Below, one piece after another: positions 21,460 to 30,971 of a stretch of DNA of 64,000 bases (positions are counted from its first letter, which is position 1; each line of letters starts with the position of its first letter). The DNA comes from Methylobacter sp. Its GTDB lineage: Bacteria; Pseudomonadota; Gammaproteobacteria; Methylococcales; Methylomonadaceae. The notes beneath the pieces are model-generated. The model made no database searches. It had not been told where the DNA came from and was given only the letters and a program-made list of their open reading frames with translations. A program made the translations under genes and the position numbers. Location: contig DATBQB010000017.1 of assembly GCA_036561025.1 (NCBI GenBank), positions 93,544 through 157,543 on the forward strand, given 5' to 3'.

Positions 21460-22623
21460 ATGAAATTAAACTGTAATTTATGTAGTAATCCACTTACCGA
21501 TAAGATTTACGAATCAGGATCGGCAAGATCACTTACTTCTTTATGTACGTCATATATGGGCGCAACACAAGTTTACTTTTGTCATTGCTGCGGACATCTG
21601 CAAAGTGCGGAAATTGACAATATAGAGGGATATTACGACAGCGACTATGACATATTAGTTACAAGTGATGAAGAGGATCAGATTTACGAGGTTATCCATG
21701 GGCGGAATGTATATCGAACCGAGCATCAGGTTGAGACACTGCTTAACAAAGTGGCATTGTCGCAAGACGCCATGATATTGGATTATGGATGTGCGAAAAG
21801 CTCTACCATGCGTACGCTGTTGAACAAGAACAATGCAGTTCGACCTCATTTGTTTGATGTCAGTAACCGATACATCCCGTTTTGGGAGAAGTTTTTACCA
21901 GAAGATTGCTGGGCAACCTATTCCATGCCGGACAAATGGAATGGACAATTTGATGTAGTCACTTCATTTTTTTCTTTAGAACATATGGCGAGACCGCAGG
22001 ACGCATTGCGGCAAATCTTCCGTGTTCTTAGTCCGGTAGGAATTTTTTACGGGATTATTCCGAATGTGTTTTCCAACACGGCCGACATGATTGTGGTTGA
22101 TCACGTTAATCACTTTACAGAAGTTTCACTGAGTTATTTGCTGTGCAGCCAAGGATTTGATGTTATAGAGATTGATGAACGCGTACACAAGGGCGCATTG
22201 GTATTTGTTGCTAAGAAAGGGGCTACGTGCTCTGCCATGGACGTTTTGCCAGTGGAGAGCGAAGTAAAGACGACTTATCAGAGGGCGTATAAAATTGCGG
22301 AATATTGGAAAACGGCTGGTAGCAAGATAAGAGCTTTTGAGCAAACGATTGCTGGCGATAAACGGGTTGCGATTTACGGAGCCGGATTTTATGGAGCATT
22401 TGTTTCATCCAGCTTGGCGCATTCTGAACGAGTTGAATACATTGTCGACCAAAATCCATTTTTGCAAGGTCCCGGGTCGATTGGCATACCAATAGTTTCC
22501 CCAGCCAACTTGCCCAAAAGTATCGACACGGTTTTTGTTGGGCTGAATCCGGCGCATGCCAAAAGGCTGATTTCAGACATTGCTGAATTCAGAGACAGAG
22601 ACATAATTTTCTTTTATTTGTGA
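21460..22623 (+). CDS. Class I SAM-dependent methyltransferase with Cys-rich N-terminus
   Basis: CNLC...CHCCGHLQ, ILDYGCAKS, FDVVTSFFSLEH, DHVNHF and AIYGAGFYG. Confidence 0.8.
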   Translation: MKLNCNLCSNPLTDKIYESGSARSLTSLCTSYMGATQVYFCHCCGHLQSAEIDNIEGYYDSDYDILVTSDEEDQIYEVIHGRNVYRTEHQVETLLNKVALSQDAMILDYGCAKSSTMRTLLNKNNAVRPHLFDVSNRYIPFWEKFLPEDCWATYSMPDKWNGQFDVVTSFFSLEHMARPQDALRQIFRVLSPVGIFYGIIPNVFSNTADMIVVDHVNHFTEVSLSYLLCSQGFDVIEIDERVHKGALVFVAKKGATCSAMDVLPVESEVKTTYQRAYKIAEYWKTAGSKIRAFEQTIAGDKRVAIYGAGFYGAFVSSSLAHSERVEYIVDQNPFLQGPGSIGIPIVSPANLPKSIDTVFVGLNPAHAKRLISDIAEFRDRDIIFFYL

Positions 22624-22632
22624 ACACATATT

Positions 22633-23148
22633 ATGATTGTTGGAAATAATATCGTCTTGCGGGCGTGGTCGGAAAATGACCTTCAGGCACTACAGGCATT
22701 GCGTAATGACTTCCAGTTACAACAGCAACTTATGGCGCTTCCCAAAGCAAATTCTCTAGATCAGGTCAAAGAATGGTTAGCGAACAAAACTAAATCAGCG
22801 GATAGTCTGTTCTTTATCATTGCATGCAAACAATCTAACCAACTAGCTGGATATGTACAAGTCGTAGGGATTGATCTTGCCAATGGGTCGGGACGGCTAG
22901 GTATCTGCGTTATTCCGAGCGCTCAAGGTAAGGGATACGGTGGCGAGGCTATTACGTTGCTCGAAAGTTACCTGTGCGAAGTTTGGAGGTTGAGGAAACT
23001 TGTTTTGGAGGTGCTGTCGGAGAATGAACGCGCATTGCATCTATATGTGAAACTTGGATTTTCAGAGATTGGGCGTTTTCGTCGCCATTTTTTTATCAAC
23101 AATGAATATTGTGATGCGGTAATTATGGAAAAATTTCTTCGCTTATGA
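22633..23148 (+). CDS. GNAT (RimL-like) N-acyltransferase
   Basis: LRAWSEND, QGKGYGGEA and NERALHLYVKLGF. Confidence 0.85.
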   Translation: MIVGNNIVLRAWSENDLQALQALRNDFQLQQQLMALPKANSLDQVKEWLANKTKSADSLFFIIACKQSNQLAGYVQVVGIDLANGSGRLGICVIPSAQGKGYGGEAITLLESYLCEVWRLRKLVLEVLSENERALHLYVKLGFSEIGRFRRHFFINNEYCDAVIMEKFLRL

Positions 23149-23864
23149 AAGTGGTGATTTCGCAACCGATGTTTTTTCCATGGGTGGGTATGTTCGAGCA
23201 AATTCGGCTGTCCGATGTTTTTGTTTACTACGGAGATGTGCAATTTTCCAAAGGAAGTTTTACCAATCGTGTACAGATTAAAACTGCTCAAGGTGTTAAA
23301 TGGCTAACCGTTCCGCTGGAAAGCGTTTCGCTTGGACAGGCCATTGATGATGTAAAGATTAATGATTCGACTAATTGGCGAAGGCAACATTTAGATTTTC
23401 TCAAGCAAGCTTACGCGGGAACGCCCTATTATAAGCAGATGTTAGAATTGGTTGCGTCCGTATATAACCAGAAAGTTGAGTCGATCGGAACGTTGAGCCG
23501 CCTGTCTCTAGAAGTGTGTTGCGAATACTATGGCTTAGACGTGGGAAGGCGTTTCGTAGATGTGCGAGAACTAGAAATTGGGGGAGCAAGTAGCCAAAGG
23601 GTGCTTGATGTAGTTAAGGCGCTGAGTGGCGATATATATATTACTGGACTAGGTGCACGAAATTATCTTGACCATCAGTTGTTCGAGAAAGCAGGCGTTC
23701 GCGTTGAATATATGGGATATGAAAAGGTGGGTTATCCACAACTTCATGGCGAATTTACTCCCTACGTATCAATTTTGGATTTGATCGCAAATGTTGGAAA
23801 AGAAGGGGCCGAATATATTCGGTCTGGGACTATTTATTGGAAGGAATATTTGAGTCATGAATGA
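23145..23864 (+). CDS. WbqC-family protein
   Basis: ISQPMFFPWVG..EQIRLSDVFV..DVQF....NRVQIKT; YPQLHGEF and SILDLIAN. Confidence 0.88.
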   Translation: MKVVISQPMFFPWVGMFEQIRLSDVFVYYGDVQFSKGSFTNRVQIKTAQGVKWLTVPLESVSLGQAIDDVKINDSTNWRRQHLDFLKQAYAGTPYYKQMLELVASVYNQKVESIGTLSRLSLEVCCEYYGLDVGRRFVDVRELEIGGASSQRVLDVVKALSGDIYITGLGARNYLDHQLFEKAGVRVEYMGYEKVGYPQLHGEFTPYVSILDLIANVGKEGAEYIRSGTIYWKEYLSHE

Positions 23865-24591
23865 GATCGAAAAATTTAAGCGAGAGGTTCAAGAAAATAT
23901 CCATGGGTTATTAGAGGATGTTGATGTTCAGGCATTGTCTCGAATCTGGATGAGAGAAATCACGCGGCATAAATATGCATACAATTTTACTTGGATGGGG
24001 CGTCCGATAATTCAGTTTCCACAGGACATGGTTGCTATGCAGGAAATCATTTGGGCGACTAAACCCGATTTGATTATTGAAACCGGGATTGCTCATGGCG
24101 GTTCATTGATATATTACGCATCATTGCTTGAAATGATGGGGTTGGATGGATATGTTCTGGGAATTGATGTTGATATCCGTACCCATAATCGAACAGAAAT
24201 TGACGCGCATCCTATGCGTAAACGCATCGAGATGGTACAAGGATCTTCGATTGCGTCAGATACAGTGGCAGCGGTGTCCAAGCATGCTGAGGGGAAAAAG
24301 AGCGTCCTGGTAGTCCTTGATTCCAACCATACGCATGAGCACGTTTTAAAAGAATTGGAGTTTTACTCACCGTTCGTAACCAATGGTAATTACTTAGTTG
24401 TGTATGATACCTTGGTCGAAAATATGCCGGATGATTTAATTAAAGATCGCCCTTGGGGAAAGGGCAACAATCCGAAGACAGCCGTATGGGAGTTTCTGAA
24501 AACAACAGATCGATTTGAAATTGATAAATCAATCGAAGCTAAAATTTTGATTACTGTTGCACCGGATGGGTATTTAAAGCGTGTTCGATAA
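23857..24591 (+). CDS. CmcI/cephalosporin hydroxylase family protein (probable sugar O-methyltransferase)
   Basis: FTWMGRPIIQFPQD, KPDLIIETGIAHGGS, LDSNHTHEHVLKEL and GNNPKTAV. Confidence 0.88.
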   Translation: MNEIEKFKREVQENIHGLLEDVDVQALSRIWMREITRHKYAYNFTWMGRPIIQFPQDMVAMQEIIWATKPDLIIETGIAHGGSLIYYASLLEMMGLDGYVLGIDVDIRTHNRTEIDAHPMRKRIEMVQGSSIASDTVAAVSKHAEGKKSVLVVLDSNHTHEHVLKELEFYSPFVTNGNYLVVYDTLVENMPDDLIKDRPWGKGNNPKTAVWEFLKTTDRFEIDKSIEAKILITVAPDGYLKRVR

Positions 24592-24615
24592 GCGTGTTTT
24601 TTGATCGCAAGCAGT

Positions 24616-26145
24616 ATGGCGCTTAAGCGTAATATTATTGCCAACTATGTTGGTCAAGGCTGGTCTGCCATCATGGGACTGGCTTTTGTTCCTTTATATA
24701 TTCAATATCTTGGAATGGAAGCCTATGGACTCATTGGGCTTTTTGCAGTGATGCAAGCCTGGTTGACATTGCTTGATATGGGCATGACGCCCACCCTCAA
24801 CCGGGAAATGGCGCGATTTACCGCAGGTGCGCACAGCGCCCAATCGATCCATGATTTGTTGCGTAGTTTAGAGGCAATATGTATAAGTCTCGCTGTCATT
24901 ATCGCCCTGACTGTATGGGCGGCATCCGACTATTTGGCAAGCGAATGGCTTAAAGCAGATAAACTGCCCATCACCGTTGTTGCACATGCAATTTCTGTCA
25001 TGTCGCTGGTCGTCGCCTTGCGCTTTGTCGAGGGCATTTATCGCGGCTCGCTGTTCGGGTTGCAACGTCAAGTTTGGTATAATGGGGTTAATGCCTCTAT
25101 TGCAACACTACGACATGCTGGTGCAGTAGCTGTTTTAGCATGGATATCGCCTACTGTTGAAGCTTTTTTCTTTTGGCAGGCAGCCATCTCATTACTATCT
25201 ATCGCAATATTTGCCATGGGTGTTCATCGTGTATTGCCAAGGTCACCTTTGCCGCCGAGATTCACACGTAAAGCCATTGCGGATGTTTGGAAGTTTGCCA
25301 GTGGGATGATGGTCGTTACCTTTCTCGCTATACTCCTGACTCAGGTGGACAAAGTTATGCTTTCCCGCCTACTATCATTGGAGTCCTTTGGCTACTACAC
25401 ACTTGCGGCAACAGTTGCCGGTATGCTTTATATAATCATCGGGCCCATCACCACGGCATGTTATCCACGTCTAGTCGAACTTTCGACCCAAAAAAATCAG
25501 ATCCCGATAATATTTGCTTACCACCAAGGCGCACAATTGATTACGCTGTTGACTGCTCCTGCGATGATGCTACTGAGTTTTTTTTCTGAGGATGTCATGT
25601 TCATATGGTCGGGGAATGTAAATCTTGCTGAGCATACTGCGCCTATCCTGTCGATTTTTGTGCTTGGGGTGTTTTTAAATGGATTGATGCACATGCCCGC
25701 TCAACTACAGCTTGCGTATGGGTGGGTTAGCCTTGGTATCAAGACAAACATCGTGGCTGTAGCTGTACTTATTCCAGCAATATTATGGGTTGTCCCACGG
25801 TACGGCGCCATAGGCGCCGCTTGGATTTGGGTGGTTTTGAATGCGGGTTATGTCTTGATCGCTATACAATTCATGCATCACAGACTTCTCACTAGCGAAA
25901 AGTGGAGATGGTATTTTGATGATGTGTTTTTACCCGCAAGTGGGTCAATTGGTATCATGTTGCTTGCCAAACAATTTCAGCCGACAATCTATCAGAATCG
26001 GTGGAACGAATTTTTCTTTTTATCGATTGTGGGGATACTTGCACTAGTGACATCAACTCTATTAGCTGGCCGGATTCGGTCTAGGTTGTTTGCATTCATG
26101 ATTAACAATCACTTAGGGAAGCCGTATTTTAGGGTTAGAAAATGA
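24616..26145 (+). CDS. wzx: Wzx-type oligosaccharide flippase
   Basis: Polytopic membrane protein; YIQYLGMEAYG, LLDMG, TQVDKVMLSRLL..FGYY pattern of polysaccharide-specific transporters. Confidence 0.82.
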   Translation: MALKRNIIANYVGQGWSAIMGLAFVPLYIQYLGMEAYGLIGLFAVMQAWLTLLDMGMTPTLNREMARFTAGAHSAQSIHDLLRSLEAICISLAVIIALTVWAASDYLASEWLKADKLPITVVAHAISVMSLVVALRFVEGIYRGSLFGLQRQVWYNGVNASIATLRHAGAVAVLAWISPTVEAFFFWQAAISLLSIAIFAMGVHRVLPRSPLPPRFTRKAIADVWKFASGMMVVTFLAILLTQVDKVMLSRLLSLESFGYYTLAATVAGMLYIIIGPITTACYPRLVELSTQKNQIPIIFAYHQGAQLITLLTAPAMMLLSFFSEDVMFIWSGNVNLAEHTAPILSIFVLGVFLNGLMHMPAQLQLAYGWVSLGIKTNIVAVAVLIPAILWVVPRYGAIGAAWIWVVLNAGYVLIAIQFMHHRLLTSEKWRWYFDDVFLPASGSIGIMLLAKQFQPTIYQNRWNEFFFLSIVGILALVTSTLLAGRIRSRLFAFMINNHLGKPYFRVRK

Positions 26146-27047
26146 ACCAAGCTAATCAGGAAAGAAAAATAATAGTTAGTATCGGCATGCCCGTTTACAA
26201 CGGTGAAAAATACATTCGGGATGCGCTTGATTCACTGCTTAACCAATCAATTACTGAGTTCGAGTTAATTATTTCCGATAATGCATCCACAGATAATACA
26301 GAAACGATTTGCCGAGGATATGCCGAAGAGGATGCACGAATTAAATATTTTCGCCAATCAGTAAATTTAGGTGCGGCTGCTAATTTTCAATTCGTTCTGA
26401 ATAAAGCTTGCGGGAGGTATTTCATGTGGGCTGCTTGTGACGATAAATGGAGTGGGGATTGGATACAAGACATGCTTGAAAGTCTTCAAGATACTGGAGC
26501 TGAGATGGCTTTTGGGAAAGTGGTTCATATTGATTCCAATGGGGCGTTAATCGACCACCCAGCAAATTATGCAAGTTTTAGTTTTATGGGGAGTGCGTTA
26601 ATTAGAAGGGTGAATTTTTATCTTGGTTACGAAGCACTTGGCAAAGCTAATGTAATTGGATGCTTGTATGATATGGCAATGCGTGGCGAGTTGAATATCA
26701 TGTTAATGGAATGTATTTCTGGGCAATGTAAATTTGACTACACGCTTATATACAACTCCCTGAAATGCGGTGAGCTTGTGGAGGCCAAGCAGGGCTATCT
26801 TTATAAAAGACTTCATGATGAGAGCGAGGGTTCTCAAAACAGCGTCAAGGGGGGCAATATATTTTGGAGTTTAAGGGGGATTTCTAGAAAGGTATGGCCA
26901 TTTTTACCTGGATTGATTGGGGACTACTTAAGCCATTCTTCTGTAATTGAGAAAGCAATACTGATACTGCTGCTGCCTGTCAAATCGTGCATGGCATACC
27001 TTTTTGGACTAAGACAGATCATTTTAAGGATTAAAAATGTGGAGTAA
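26142..27047 (+). CDS. Glycosyltransferase family 2
   Basis: VSIGMPVYNGEKY, ISDNASTD and WAACDD. Confidence 0.9.
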   Translation: MNQANQERKIIVSIGMPVYNGEKYIRDALDSLLNQSITEFELIISDNASTDNTETICRGYAEEDARIKYFRQSVNLGAAANFQFVLNKACGRYFMWAACDDKWSGDWIQDMLESLQDTGAEMAFGKVVHIDSNGALIDHPANYASFSFMGSALIRRVNFYLGYEALGKANVIGCLYDMAMRGELNIMLMECISGQCKFDYTLIYNSLKCGELVEAKQGYLYKRLHDESEGSQNSVKGGNIFWSLRGISRKVWPFLPGLIGDYLSHSSVIEKAILILLLPVKSCMAYLFGLRQIILRIKNVE

Positions 27048-27070
27048 CGATATGGACCGAACTGAGATAA

Positions 27071-27970
27071 TTGCTCGGAGTGGAGTTGCGCTTGATTATT
27101 TTTAAAGTTCTCGGTGGTGTCGGTAACCAGATGTTCCAGTATGCAGCAGGCCGTGCTTTGTCGTTGAAGTACGAGCAACCGTTGTGGTTGGATGTCTCTG
27201 GGTTTGCCGATTATGGATTGCACCAAGGATTTGAGCTTCAGCGAATCTTTAATTGCACGGCAGAAATTGTTAATGAAACAGACATGCGCCGGATTTTGGG
27301 TTGGCAGTTCTCGCCATGTATCCGACGAGTTTTATCTCGGCCAAACATGAAGGCGTTTCGTAGCAGAGCGTTTGTCGTTGAACCGTACTTCCACTACTGG
27401 CCGGGAATAAAAAGTGTACCCTGCGATTGCTATCTTATGGGCTACTGGCAGAGTGAAAAATATTTTCTGGAAGTAGCCTCTCAGATTCGCAAGGATTTTT
27501 CTTTCCGATTACCCTTGGAAAACCAAAATGTCGAATTAGCCAAACAAATAAACCAAGTGAACGCGGTGAGTTTGCATGTGCGGCGCGGCGATTATGCCAA
27601 CATTCCGAAAACCACAGCAACGCATGGATTGTGTTCGCTCGATTATTATCGAGCATCGATTCGACTTGTTGCCGAACAAGTCCAGCAACCGCATTTTTTT
27701 GTTTTTTCCGATGACATCGCTTGGGTAAAAAATAACCTAAAAATCGAGTTTCCTCATCAGTATGTTGACCACAATCATGATGCAGAAAGCTATAACGATA
27801 TGAGATTGATGAGTATGTGCCAGCACCATATCATTGCCAATAGCACATTTAGCTGGTGGGGAGCTTGGCTCAATCCGAGTGTTAACAAAATCGTGGTTGC
27901 ACCAAGCCGTTGGTTCGCCAATCAAACAGATGTACCGGACTTATTGCCGCAGGACTGGATAAAGCAGTGA
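27071..27970 (+). CDS. GT11 alpha-1,2-fucosyl/colitosyltransferase
   Basis: GGVGNQMFQYA, GYWQSEKYF, SLHVRRGDY, FSDDIAW and NSTFSWWGA. Confidence 0.92.
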   Translation: MLGVELRLIIFKVLGGVGNQMFQYAAGRALSLKYEQPLWLDVSGFADYGLHQGFELQRIFNCTAEIVNETDMRRILGWQFSPCIRRVLSRPNMKAFRSRAFVVEPYFHYWPGIKSVPCDCYLMGYWQSEKYFLEVASQIRKDFSFRLPLENQNVELAKQINQVNAVSLHVRRGDYANIPKTTATHGLCSLDYYRASIRLVAEQVQQPHFFVFSDDIAWVKNNLKIEFPHQYVDHNHDAESYNDMRLMSMCQHHIIANSTFSWWGAWLNPSVNKIVVAPSRWFANQTDVPDLLPQDWIKQ

Positions 27971-28910
27971 AATCCAATTCATCAACAAACACACTTGTAA
28001 TCGGCGGTGCAGGTTATATCGGTGCGCAGCTCGTACCGCAACTTGTCGCTACCGGGCGGCGCGTGACAGTGTTGGGCAGGAGCTTAACACCTCGATATAA
28101 GTTACCAGTGGCTGTCGGTTATGTGGCGAGAGATTTTGCGCAGCATGATTTAATCAACCGGCTGCTGGATACACATCAGGAAGTGGTTCACTTGGCTTAT
28201 GCCACTGTGCCAAATACTTCCTTTGAGAATCCATTGGCGGATCTGCTGCAAAACTTGCCGCCTACGGTACAGCTATTTTCTGAAGCGGCAGACAGGGGAG
28301 TGAAGCTGGTGTTGGTGTCGTCAGGCGGAACAATATATGGCGAAGCAACCAAATTACCCATACGAGAAGATCACCCCACCAAGCCCTTTTCTCCTTACGG
28401 TGTCACCAAGTTGACACTGGAAAACTATGCGCATTTGTATGCAGTAACGCGTGGATTGCAGTTCATCTGCGTCCGTCCGGCGAATGCGTTTGGCATAGGG
28501 CAACGGCCATTCGTGGGGCAGGGCTTCATTTCTACAGCGATGGCTTCGGCGATGCGTGGGCAGCCCATTAGGATATTTGGCCAAAATGGAACCATACGTG
28601 ATTATCTTTATGTCAGTGAGCTTGCAGCTGGCATTGTTAGCGCCCTGAAAAAAGGGCATCTATCGGAAACTTATAGCCTTGGTTCTGGAGTAGGACTTTC
28701 CAATCTTGATGTGATTAAAGGTATAACCCCCTTGATAAAAGAATTGGAATGTGAGGTGTGTGTCGAGTTTCTTCCGAACGTGCCTTTGATGTCAAAGCCA
28801 ATGTGCTGGACTCGACAAAATTACAGACACACACGGATTGGAAACCGAAAGTCGAATTCAAAGATGGGCTGTGCCGCATCTTTGAGTGGTTAAAAAACTA
28901 CCATGACTGA
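27967..28910 (+). pseudogene. NAD-dependent epimerase/dehydratase with a one-base frameshift near 28776 (pseudogene or sequencing error)
   Basis: GGAGYIG, SSGGTIYG and YGVTK motifs. After LP at 28771-28776 the expected C-terminus (ERAFDVKANVLDSTKLQTHTDWKPKVEFKDGL...NYHD*) is in another frame and ends at TGA 28908-28910, overlapping the next ATG. Confidence 0.8.
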
Positions 28911-29808
28911 ACCATTACCAGATCAAGCACAAGGAGGAGACCCGCCTTTAGTAACGGTCGCCATGCCAGTGTATAACGCGGGGAAATATTTGAGATTAGC
29001 CGTTCTTTCTATCGTCAGGCAGACCTTCACGAGTTGGGAGTTGCTGATTATTGACGACGGATCAACGGATAATGCGGTACAAAATATTACGGACATCAAT
29101 GATGCGCGAATCAAAATCTTGCAGGATGGCGATAATCGTGGATTGGCTGCTCGACTCAACGAGGCTGCTGATATGGCCCGAGGCCGATATTTTGCTCGCA
29201 TGGATCAGGATGATGTTTCATTCCCAGAGCGCTTTGCACGGCAAATTGCAGTATTGCAAAATTACCCCGAACTTGATTTGGTTGCCACTAGGGCAATTAC
29301 GATTGATGAGAACGACCAAGCAATAGGGTTGTTTCCCTTTGCAATTTCTCATCAAGAAATATGCGCTAGGCCCTGGAAGGGATTCTATTTTCCGCATCCG
29401 ACCTGGATGGGTAGAATCGAATGGTTTCATAAGCATCGCTACACTGTACCTGGACCCTTCTTCTGTGAAGATCAAGAATTACTATTACGAAGTTATCGCG
29501 ACAGCCGATTGGGTACCCTGACTGAACTTCTGTTCGCCTATCGCATACAAGGTAAAGTAGATTGGCAAAAATTGGCGAAAACGCGTCGTACTGTTTTTAT
29601 GATCCAAGTGCGACATTTTGTCGACTTGAACCAGTGGCACTTTGTATTGCTGGCAACAGCGGCTTTTATCGGTAAAATAAGTAGCGATTTATTGAAAAAG
29701 ATCATCGGGGGTACCTTCCATCCCGGATGTGATATCGCAAACGATGCCATAGCGCTTGAGTGGCAGAAAATTTTTGAAAGTCTAGCAACGGAACCCAAAG
29801 CACCGTGA
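28903..29808 (+). CDS. Glycosyltransferase family 2
   Basis: VTVAMPVYNAG, IDDGSTD and ARMDQDD. Confidence 0.9.
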   Translation: MTEPLPDQAQGGDPPLVTVAMPVYNAGKYLRLAVLSIVRQTFTSWELLIIDDGSTDNAVQNITDINDARIKILQDGDNRGLAARLNEAADMARGRYFARMDQDDVSFPERFARQIAVLQNYPELDLVATRAITIDENDQAIGLFPFAISHQEICARPWKGFYFPHPTWMGRIEWFHKHRYTVPGPFFCEDQELLLRSYRDSRLGTLTELLFAYRIQGKVDWQKLAKTRRTVFMIQVRHFVDLNQWHFVLLATAAFIGKISSDLLKKIIGGTFHPGCDIANDAIALEWQKIFESLATEPKAP

Positions 29809-30938
29809 AAAAACTTTGCTACGTCGCCACCATTCCCGCTGTGGTAAATTCCTTTTTGCGCAGTCACATCCAAGCTGCGGCGGAAAAGTATGAAGTAACG
29901 GTGATCTGTAATAGCGTAGATCCTCACTTGCTTGATGGTCTCAAAGCTCGACTCATTTTGTTACCCATTGAACGTAAACCCTCGCCTTGGAGAGACATGT
30001 TAGTCTTGTTCCAACTATTCAACTTGTTTCATCATGAGCGATTCGATATTGTGCACTCCCATATGCCCAAGACTGCACTACTCGGGATGTTGGCTGCATG
30101 GTTGGCAGGTATAAAGATACGCATTAACACATTCCACGGAGAGGTATGGGCAACGCGAAGCGGCTGGCGACGTACAGCACTCAAACTGTTCGATCGGTTA
30201 GTCGGATTACTTGCAACAGATATTCTAGTGGTTAGCCCTTCTCAGTTAAATTTCTTGGTGAACGAGGGAATATTATCGCCGGGTAATGCAAAAGTGATTG
30301 GCGCGGGTTCGATTTGTGGCGTGGATTCATTATATTTCCATCCCGATGCAGAAACCAGACGAACAGTCCGCCATGACTTGGGAATCGCGCAAGAGGCTAA
30401 GGTAATTTTGTTTGTTGGACGGTTAAACCGCGACAAGGGAATGCTGGATTTGGCTGCTGCTTTCGATACAATTGCCAGGCATCATCTGGATGTAGTGCTC
30501 TTGCTGGTAGGTGCCGAAGAAGACGTGCCTTTCAGCCGAATTCAGGAGATATGCTCCGAGGAGCATGACCGTCTGCACTATGTAAACTTTACATCTACGC
30601 CAGAACGCTACATGATGGCAGCGGATATTTTTTGTCTGCCAAGTTACCGAGAAGGATTTGGCATGACCATTATTGAGGCGGCTGCCTGTGGAGTCCCCAC
30701 CGTGGCTACTTGCATTTATGGCATTACTGACGCAGTGGAAGACGGCAAAACAGGATTGTTGTTTTCGGCTGGTGATGTCGCAGGTCTTACACAGTCTTTG
30801 CTAAAACTGATAGATGATCAATATTTGCGGCAAAAGCTGGGGGTGGCGGCGCGAGTGCGTGCACTAGAGTTATTTCCGAGCCACAAAATTTCCAAGGGGA
30901 TGCTTGATCTTTATGGCGAGCTATTAGCTGAGCGTTGA
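29805..30938 (+). CDS. Glycosyltransferase family 4
   Basis: HSHMPK, FVGRLNRDKG and PSYREGFGMTIIEAAACG (EX7E). Confidence 0.92.
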   Translation: MKKLCYVATIPAVVNSFLRSHIQAAAEKYEVTVICNSVDPHLLDGLKARLILLPIERKPSPWRDMLVLFQLFNLFHHERFDIVHSHMPKTALLGMLAAWLAGIKIRINTFHGEVWATRSGWRRTALKLFDRLVGLLATDILVVSPSQLNFLVNEGILSPGNAKVIGAGSICGVDSLYFHPDAETRRTVRHDLGIAQEAKVILFVGRLNRDKGMLDLAAAFDTIARHHLDVVLLLVGAEEDVPFSRIQEICSEEHDRLHYVNFTSTPERYMMAADIFCLPSYREGFGMTIIEAAACGVPTVATCIYGITDAVEDGKTGLLFSAGDVAGLTQSLLKLIDDQYLRQKLGVAARVRALELFPSHKISKGMLDLYGELLAER

Positions 30939-30971
30939 TGAACGTCGTGATTAATAAATGAGAGAGATACA

